DNA of 64,000 nt, taken from assembly GCA_965240325.2 (NCBI GenBank), contig OZ251222.1, positions 2,976,001 through 3,040,000 on the forward strand. Reading direction: 5' to 3'. Below the pieces are notes generated by a model. It was not told the origin of the DNA. It saw only the letters and a program-made list of their open reading frames with translations, and did no database searches. How positions within the stretch are numbered: the stretch's first letter is position 1; every line of letters starts with the position of its first letter. Source of the DNA: Rebecca billardiae RCC1528 (taxonomy: Eukaryota; Protista; Haptophyta). Shown piece by piece: positions 56,222-64,000 of this stretch. Position numbers and translations under genes: made by a program.

Positions 56222-57518
56222 ATGAAGGTGCACGCCTTGCGTTGGCCGGCCGCGCCGCGCTGCGTAGTCTCGCGGGTGCGGTGTCACTCAAGCAGCGCTC
56301 CTGCCCTGGCCCCTTCACTACGCACCCCTTCCCCCCGTACTAGGCGCTCATCCTCGTCGGAGGCTTCGGCACGCGGCTGCGGCCGCTGACGCTCTCAAAG
56401 CCAAAGCCGCTCGTTGAGTTTGCGAACAAGGCGCAGCTGCTGCACCAGATTGAGGCGCTGGCGAAGGTCGGTGTGACGGAGGTGGTACTCGCCATATCAT
56501 TCCCCCCGAGTGTCATGGAGGAGTTCATCATCGCGTGCCAGAAGCAGCACAACATCAAGATTGTGTGCTCGCACGAACCAGAGCCACTCGGGACCGCGGG
56601 CCCGATCGCCTTCGCGAAGGACTTCCTGCAGACAGCCGAGCCCTTCTTCGTCTTCAACGCTGACGTGGCGTGCGCGTTCCCGCTCGAGGACCTGATAGCC
56701 TTCCACAAGCGCCACGGGCGCGAGGGCTCGCTGTTCGTGACCAAAGTGGAGGAGCCCTCGCGGTACGGCGTCGTCGTGTGCGACCCGTCGGGCAAGGTGC
56801 AGCGCTTCGTGCACCGCCCAAAGGCGTACACGGGCAACAGCATCAACGCGGGCGTGTACCTCTTCAACCCGAGCGTCATGAGCCGCATCCCGGCCCAGCC
56901 CACCTCGATGGAGAAGGAGATCTTCCCGCTGATGGCGCAGGACGAGCAACTGTACTGCATGCCGCTCAACGGCTTCTGGATGGACGTGGGATCGCCAAAG
57001 AACCACTTGCTGTGCATCGGCCCGTACCTTAAGCACCTGCGCTTGGTGGACGCGGACGCGCTCTCGAAGCACCCAGCTGTGCACGGCGACGTGCTGATGC
57101 ACGAGTCGGCCAAGATTGGCCAGGGCTGCGTCATCGGCCCCAACGTGGTGATCGGGCCTGACTGCGAGATCGAGGATGGTGCGCGCGACGCGCGGCGACT
57201 GCCCGGGGCGGCCGCAGCACGGCGCCGACCACACGCGCGCACGCCCGTCCTCCCTCCCGCCTTCGGCTTCGTCGTCGCGCAGGTGTCAAGCTGGAGGGCG
57301 CGACGCTTATGCAGGGCGCACGCGTGCGCAAGCACAGCTTCGTGCTCAACTCGATCATCGGCTGGCACTCGACTGTAGGCCAGTGGGTGCGCGTAGAGAA
57401 CGTGACTGTGCTCGGCGATCACGTCGAGCTCGGTGATGAGATCTACGTGAACGGCGGGCTGGTGCTGCCGCACAAGAAGATCACGACCAGTGTCGCTGAG
57501 CCAAGAATCATCATGTGA
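56222..57518 (+). CDS. GMPPB: Mannose-1-phosphate guanylyltransferase (GMPPB/PSA1/VTC1-like); exons 56222-56227, 56344-57178, 57283-57518
   Basis: Spliced N-terminus MK|ALILVGGFGTRLRPLTLSKPKPLVEFANK, 'EPLGTAGP', 'INAGVY', hexapeptide beta-helix, C-terminus 'NGGLVLPHK.I..SV.EP.IIM'. Confidence 0.92.
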
Positions 57519-59871
57519 GCTCGCAAATCGCGGCGGTCACTATACTGATCCCGCGGTCAAACGGCCGCCCGTCAGATAACCACCAGGGCGGGCACCTGGA
57601 CCCTGGTGGCTGGTAGCCTGGTTAGCCAGACGGCGGAGACAGTTTCTGATCGAGTGTTGGTATAATGCCTATATAAACATGCCTGCTATATATATATATA
57701 TATATTTAAATAATAATAGAGTGCGTCATAAGCAGCTAGTGAGAGCGCGTACCGCCCCATCTGAGTGATCGCGGAGTTGTGACTGACAAGTGACATGCAG
57801 CAGCACGGCGGCATCGGTCCGCGCCGGCGGGATTCGGGAACGAGTCCGCGAATCATCTTGCTGATGCATCATTGTCACATTGAGCATTATTCCGCTGCAG
57901 CCTGCATGCGCAGCAGCAGCGCCGCGCGCTATCACTTCTCATGCATATATATACGACTGCGCTATATATCAATAATGGTACAGTTTACTAAGAATAAGAG
58001 ACGCACACAGCTCAGGCAGGCGAGATTGACGCCCGCCAACTGTCACCGCCCATGAAGCCGTCGCCGATGGTAGCGCCGCCGGAAAAATTCGTTCAGCCGT
58101 CCGCCTGCGAGGCCTGGATGAGGGCTGCGGCCGCCTCGCGGCGCGCCAGCGCCCGTCGTCCTCGCCCCACCGTCGTCCACAAAACGTCGTCGTCCGAAAC
58201 AGTAGTAATCAGATACTACGACGCCGCGCGGGCGCCATACTTGACGGGCTGACCGTAGTATTAGCGCTCTGAGTTACTGATGATATTAGAAAACTGATGT
58301 AAACTGATGATTCACTCGCGCAGTCTCATTCCGATTAAGACGGATGCACAGCACGTAGCTTAATAGTGAGTATTGGGTCGGTCGTAACTACGTCTACTAG
58401 TAACTAGAAGTACAGTAGATGACTGCGAGCTGCACTAATTCTACTTCAGTCCTGCCGCCAGTTCGCGACGTCTGATTAATCACACTTCCGTTCAGAGTCT
58501 TAGCACAGGCACAGCAGTGCGTAGCTATTGTAAGACGATGTTCAATTTCGTCAATAATTCATCATTATTTTATCCGATCGACCGAGACCTCGGAGTATAA
58601 ATCGCCGAGGACTCGGAATCGGGCCGTCGGAATACTCATTACTCGGAACCCAGTCGCCGAGTCGCGCGCGCACTGAGTTGAGACGTCAGCGAGTGACTGA
58701 CTGTACTCTGTAGCTAGCCTAATCATCGGTGCCGATATATCTCCGAGTACAGACTGAGGCTGAGATACGGAGACCGCGTCCGTCGACGAGTGTCATACTC
58801 TCAACTCCGTGTATAGTGTCAGGCCCGTCTGTCTGCGACATATTCGACGATATAAGAGTGCCGGCGCCGCCCTGGGTATCGCACGCTCCCTCTTCGGAGA
58901 GCGTGCGATGAAGGATGGCGCGGCAACCTGCCACCGTGAGCCTTACGCACGTTAAAACAAGTAAACTGTAAGCGTAACCCGCCTGACCGGAGCCGCTCCC
59001 GAACGACCAACGGTGTCAGTCATCGGTTGATACGGTCGTGACGAGTGGCAGTATAGTCTCAATAATATACCGAGCTAGTACGACGGTCTAGATTAATATC
59101 AAAGGCAGTAGTAAGTGCTGAGCAGTAATAGTATCCGGTCCGGGCCAGCTGGCATGCAATCCCGAATCCGGATTTATATCCGGAGGGCGACGGAGGCGCA
59201 GGAGGCCTGGAGGGAGCGGCTTCGGCCGGCACCGCGCCACGGTAACTCGGACACGGCGCACCTCGTCGGCGGTTGTTCCGTCCGCTGTTGTATCGTAATC
59301 GTTGACCGAAGACGACGACGCGAAAGTTGCGGCAGGACCGCATCAGTCGGCGAGTGCCGCCCGCGCCCGCGGAGACTCACACTCACAGCCACAGGCCACA
59401 GGGGCACCGGGACAGCGACTCACCGCCGACCTTGTCCTTGGCGGTGGAATGGTGCCCACAGCGCTGACAGCGGTATCCCGACGGCGACGCTTGTGCACGT
59501 TAAATCATAGTAAGCTGTATAGACTGTAGTCCGACTTTTGTCTGTAGAGTGTAGTCCGATTATAACGGGCCCGGACCCGAGTAAACCGATTCATCGCGAG
59601 CCGTGTGAGCCCGAGTCGCGGGCACTGCCACTGCCGCCATATCTGCGCCCGTCGGGCCGTGCGGCGTGACCCGTGATGACGGCCGTGGCGTGCCCCCAAT
59701 CACCTAGTGATACCTACGGGCGGCGTATGGCAGCGCGGGAGCCGGGTGCGGGGTGGCGGTGGCGGTTCTCTCCACCGGTGTGATCGGCCACTGTGGGATA
59801 TCGCCTCGCAGGGTAGGGTAGAAACAGGGCGACCGCAGCTCACCAGCAGCGATGGGGTCGGCGAGTGCGCT

Positions 59872-60882
59872 TCACACATCCTCGTCATCCGTATCTGTGC
59901 TGACCAGCGCTTTCTTCGACTCTTTGGGCTCGCTCGGGTACTGCGACGCAGTCGACGACGGTGGCGGGGCGGGTGGGGCCGTGGCGATGCCCATGTAGAT
60001 GTATGTCGTGACGATCACAATGATCACAGCCAGTGCTGCGTGCACGTTCATCTCCAGGCCGAAGAAGTACGCCGAGATCACCACGAGCACGGCCATCACC
60101 GATGAGTTTGCAAAGTTCTTCACGATCGCGTCGGCGTGCTTGTACACAAACGAGACGGCAAGGCCATGAAGCGCCTGGAAGAAGATCAGCCCCATGGCGA
60201 GCCAGCCGTACCCCTCGAAGAAGCCCTTCTCCTCCTCCTTCGTCGGCTTCCAGATGAAGATGGCAATGCTGAGCAAAGCGCCAAACGAGTACAGGATCGC
60301 GTTCTGCAGGTTGAGCGGCACGCTGAAGCCCTTGATCACCAATTGGTTCCACACGCTCGAGGCCGCCGTGATGGAAGTTGCGATGACGAGCAGCGCGTAC
60401 GCGGTCAGCGACACGAGGGGCATGCCCTTCTTGATGTCGTACTGGATGATGGCGATCGCGCAGCACTGAATGACAACGCAGCACCATTGCAGCCGGTTCA
60501 GCACCTGCCCGGACAGCCGGAGCAGCAGTGCGCACAAGTATGGCGCCATCGACTTGAAGAGCGAGAGCGTGCCCGGGTCGGCGAGCTCGAGCACGTAAAA
60601 GGTGAGGATGTTGTTGACTGTGTACAGGCACGCGAGGCCGAAGTAGTGCATTATGATCGCTGCGCTCACCGAGCTCGGGAAGAAATCGGCCCCCGTCGCG
60701 CGCACCTCCACAGCATGTGAGCCGAGCGCGAGCGCGAGCTTCATCAATTCGGTGAGCGCGACCGACGAAGCGGGTGAGAAGCGGTACGCGCCATTGTGCT
60801 GGGCGAGTTTGAAGAGGAGGATTGCCGTCGACTGCACGGCAACGAGAGTGAAAAAGCTGATCACCTGCATCCCGACCCCCAT
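59872..60882 (-). CDS. SLC35A-type nucleotide-sugar transporter
   Basis: About 10 TM segments. 'SVALTELMKL', 'LYTVNN.L..DPGT', 'LQNAILYSFG', 'GLAVSFVYKHADAIVKNF'. Confidence 0.88.
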   Translation of the reverse strand: MGVGMQVISFFTLVAVQSTAILLFKLAQHNGAYRFSPASSVALTELMKLALALGSHAVEVRATGADFFPSSVSAAIIMHYFGLACLYTVNNILTFYVLELADPGTLSLFKSMAPYLCALLLRLSGQVLNRLQWCCVVIQCCAIAIIQYDIKKGMPLVSLTAYALLVIATSITAASSVWNQLVIKGFSVPLNLQNAILYSFGALLSIAIFIWKPTKEEEKGFFEGYGWLAMGLIFFQALHGLAVSFVYKHADAIVKNFANSSVMAVLVVISAYFFGLEMNVHAALAVIIVIVTTYIYMGIATAPPAPPPSSTASQYPSEPKESKKALVSTDTDDEDV

Positions 60883-61438
60883 GATGCCTAGTCGCGATTA
60901 CGGGGACGGCGTATGGACGGGGCACGCCACGAGGCTGGCAGAATGGCTGCTGTGTGTGTGTCGCTGTGACCAAAGTCGTGGCGGCAGCGGAGGGATCTGA
61001 TACTTTCTGCGCACTCGAAACGGGCGCGGGGTGGAGTCTGCCTCCGGGCTGACGCTCAGCGTCTGCACGTGGCGGGGTGCCGCTCGCGCGCGTCAGGCTT
61101 TCAATGCTGTCACACCAACCCCCGGGGCCACCTTGGGGCAACTAAACACTTGGCTGGACGACTTTTGAGCGCTGGAGGATTCGCTCGAGCCGAGCCTGTG
61201 ACGAGCCGAGCCGCGCCAGTCGCCGCCGCGCCGCCAACTCTTACTCGGTGAACGGGCAACGGCAGCCCCTCCCGCTGAGCCCGTGGCCAATTCCGCCATG
61301 CCGTCATCCTCGCAGCTCCGCGTCGTGGTCACTCATGCGATGGTGCGTCCTAGTGACGCACCTGTGAAGTGTGTTGGTCAGAGAAACTTGGCGCCACCGG
61401 ACGCTGCACGCCGCTGCGCATCGCCACGCACAGCGCGC

Positions 61439-62398
61439 TCACGCAGCTTGCTGGGCGGCCTCGGCGCGCGCCGCGGCCGCGGCCGCCGCCTCGGCGCGCC
61501 GCTGGAGCATCTCCTTGCGGCGGCGGGTGCGCGTGTTGGAGTCGACGACGCGCTCGATCTCCCAGAAACCGACCCTCCCCTTGCGCTTCTGCACCCACCT
61601 CGCGTCGACTGCGTCCTCTGGCGGCGGTCGCGGCGGTGGTGGTGGCGTGTAGCCGATGGACGCGAACGCATCTGCAGCGCCCGTGCTGTTCACGGCCTCG
61701 AGCCTGTACATAGCTGCCATGCCGAAGGCGGTGGCCGCCTTGAAGGTGTCTCGAACGGCGCTGCTGACGCGCTTCGTGACCTCTGGCTTGAGGAAGATGT
61801 CCTTCACCACGATGTTCGCCGCGAGAAGCGAGCCCGCCACGACGGTGAGCGCACAGTCGTTGATGATCGCAGTCACGTTCGCGGCCGTGCTGTTTGCACT
61901 GTCTGTCGCGTCCGTCGAGTTCGTGGTGGTCGCGTTCTCGCCTGAGACGAAGGAGGTTGCGACGGTCTGCGCGATCTTAGCGAGCGTGCCGGCGGCGTCT
62001 TTGGCCAGTTCCATGTGCGCGGCTGCCTGCAGCGCTCTGTCCGTCGTGGGGAACTCAGCGATGTTCTTGCCGATCGCGCCAAAAGCCAGTGACATGTCGG
62101 TCACAGCGTCACTCATCGCGGTGGAGGCGATGGCGGACAGACCCTCGACGTCGGCCTTAGTGATTTGTCGCGTCTGCACGTCCGTGTGCACGCGTGGCGC
62201 CGCGCCGACCAGCTCGACGGGTACAAGGACGCCTTCCTCTGGCCTTGGTGTGCGCGCGCGTCGGCCTGCCTGAGACCTTGCGGAGGAGCGCTTCGGCTGG
62301 GAGCCACGCTTGGATTTGGAAGAGCCTGTGCGCCAGCATTCCCCGACACCGGCGAGGCCGCAGCCGAGTAGGACGAGGAGCGCTAGCCGCAGCCGCAT
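61439..62398 (-). CDS. Hypothetical protein with N-terminal signal peptide
   Basis: MRLRLALLVLLGCGLAG leader and protein-like composition. Head-to-head with the ankyrin gene. Confidence 0.55.
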   Translation of the reverse strand: MRLRLALLVLLGCGLAGVGECWRTGSSKSKRGSQPKRSSARSQAGRRARTPRPEEGVLVPVELVGAAPRVHTDVQTRQITKADVEGLSAIASTAMSDAVTDMSLAFGAIGKNIAEFPTTDRALQAAAHMELAKDAAGTLAKIAQTVATSFVSGENATTTNSTDATDSANSTAANVTAIINDCALTVVAGSLLAANIVVKDIFLKPEVTKRVSSAVRDTFKAATAFGMAAMYRLEAVNSTGAADAFASIGYTPPPPPRPPPEDAVDARWVQKRKGRVGFWEIERVVDSNTRTRRRKEMLQRRAEAAAAAAARAEAAQQAA

Positions 62399-62653
62399 CG
62401 TTCGACCCGCACTCACGCGTGCCCGTACGCGGCGGTCCCAGGAGCGCTCGCTCGGCTGCCGTCGCGAGCCAAATCAAATCTCAAATCTGTGACTAAACCT
62501 CGCCCGTTTTAATTTTCGCGCGCGGAATTTCATCGCGCCCGCCATCACTTTCAATTGGCAGCGGCAGCCGTCCGTGGCGTCCCCGGAATCGGTTGGCTCG
62601 CGGTTGGCTCGGGCGCGGCCTGGCGCCGCTCCCGGGCGCGGGTAGACGGCACG

Positions 62654-63583
62654 ATGGAGGACGCAACCGCGACGGTCCAAGGAGGTGTGCCGATGGAGGT
62701 GGTGGCGCCTGAGGCACTCGCAGCCGCTGCCCGCACTGCGGCTGAGCTCGACGCCGAGGCGCTGCGGCGCCACCTCAGCGGCGACGGCCTGCCTTCGGAG
62801 GCAGGACACGTGTGCGCGCGCGCGTGCGACACACACGGGTTCACGCTGCTGCACCATCTCGCCATCTTCGGACGCGCAGAGCTGGTGCGCATCCTGGCAA
62901 GGGAGTTCGGCGTTCTGGTGGACGCGCCAAACCAGCAGGGCGTGACGCCGCTCCTCGCTGCCGTGACCGCGGGCAACCTCGACACGGCGAGCGCGCTCCT
63001 CGATGAGGGCGCGTCGGCCACGCAGGGCGGTGCACTTGGTGGGCCATCTGACAGCCCCGTGGCGCTCGCTGTCGAGCGTGGCCACGCCCCACTGGTGCGC
63101 CTTCTCGTGCGCGCGCTGGCCGACGTGAACGCGCGCAGCGGCGAGCACCGCGAGCCCCCGCTCTCCTTCGCAGCACGCAGCGGGCAAGTGGAGGTCCTCG
63201 ACGCGCTGCTCGAGGCTGGCGCTGACGCACTCGCAGAGGACGAGCGGGGCTTTACGCCGCTGATGCAGGCCGCGGCGGCAGGCCACGCGCACGTCGTCAC
63301 GCGACTCATTGCTGCGCGTGCCGACGCCAGCGCCGCGCCTGACGCATATCTCAAGGCAGCGTCGCTCGCCGCGGACACGCGGCACGCGGATGTCGCTCAG
63401 CTGCTCCTCGCCGCGGGGCCTGAGGGCATGACGTCGGCGCCGCCGGGCACTGCGACGGGTGGGGCGGGCGCAGGCCCAGCAGGCGTTCAGTCTGAGTCCG
63501 AGGAGCCCGAAGGTGGGCCCTCTCGCGACGAGCTCGCCAAGTTCGCCGCGGAACGTATGGGTCATGGGCGCGGCGGGCGCTAG
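62654..63583 (+). CDS. Ankyrin-repeat protein
   Basis: Repeats 'GFTLLHHLA', 'GVTPLLAAV', 'PPLSFAARSG', 'GFTPLMQAAAAGH'. Confidence 0.88.
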   Translation: MEDATATVQGGVPMEVVAPEALAAAARTAAELDAEALRRHLSGDGLPSEAGHVCARACDTHGFTLLHHLAIFGRAELVRILAREFGVLVDAPNQQGVTPLLAAVTAGNLDTASALLDEGASATQGGALGGPSDSPVALAVERGHAPLVRLLVRALADVNARSGEHREPPLSFAARSGQVEVLDALLEAGADALAEDERGFTPLMQAAAAGHAHVVTRLIAARADASAAPDAYLKAASLAADTRHADVAQLLLAAGPEGMTSAPPGTATGGAGAGPAGVQSESEEPEGGPSRDELAKFAAERMGHGRGGR

Positions 63584-63670
63584 GTCTGTCCGGCGCTGCC
63601 GGGGCTTGGCCCTCGGGCGGCCCCGACGCGGCCGCTGCTCACCAGCCCGCCCGCCACTGGCAGCAGCACC

Positions 63671-64000
63671 GGACTAATTCTATGATTTAAAGACACAGGC
63701 ACGAGGGCGCAGCTCTCCTGATTCGTCTGTCGAAGTACTGAATGGAGTTAATGGAGGATGTCGGAGCGCGTTGGCCGCGGGTGAGGGAGTCGTCGTAACC
63801 GATGCTGATCACACGGTCACTGAGGTAGTAGGCGCCCGGGGATGCCGCTGTTTTGCAGTCGTCGTCGGCCTTGGTCATCATGTAGTTGCCCGTGTCGTCG
63901 TCGTCCGAGGCTGTTCAAGTTGATGCCGTAGTGCAGGTAGTGGATGTGGTCGCCCGGGCCGGTGTGCGCGGCCTAGTGGCCTTGCCGAGTTGAGGGAGTA
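63671..64000 (-). mobile_element. 3' end of the putative retroelement family (continues beyond the window)
   Basis: The terminal ~59 bp are identical to 50110-50168, and the next ~230 bp are homologous to 19483-19746. Confidence 0.65.

Overview
GC-rich eukaryotic nuclear DNA with short GT-AG introns (typically GTGCGC...CGCAG). The style suggests a haptophyte or similar alga, but that is inference only. Housekeeping genes are compact and often head-to-head: GNAT, PDCD2, LENG8/THP3-like, SEL1L/HRD3, Spinster-type MFS, a ~3100-aa SRA-PHD-MMS22-like fusion, ArfGAP, UBAP2L/Def1-like, TcdA, GDP-mannose pyrophosphorylase, an SLC35A transporter and an ankyrin protein. Three accessory islands lie next to (TA)n/(CT)n microsatellites. 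(i) ~7-22 kb holds a hairpin-ended Helitron2/Helentron-like element inside a perfect palindrome, an intronless J-domain/Mx-like dynamin fusion, a fresh 2087-bp tandem duplication with an iteron-like motif array, and retroelement remnants. (ii) 35.0-42.6 kb holds a full-length Ty1/Copia element with apparently identical LTRs, a MYND-like finger and an internally deleted integrase. (iii) 49.6-54.0 kb holds a second copy of the hairpin-ended element carrying an HTH-USP fragment, with a nested non-LTR fragment encoding zf-RVT plus an OTU-like protease and an 18 x 25-bp array. Domain calls come from motifs recognised by eye; no searches were run. The supplied ORF track uses bacterial start codons and ignores introns, so most of its ORFs are shadow ORFs.
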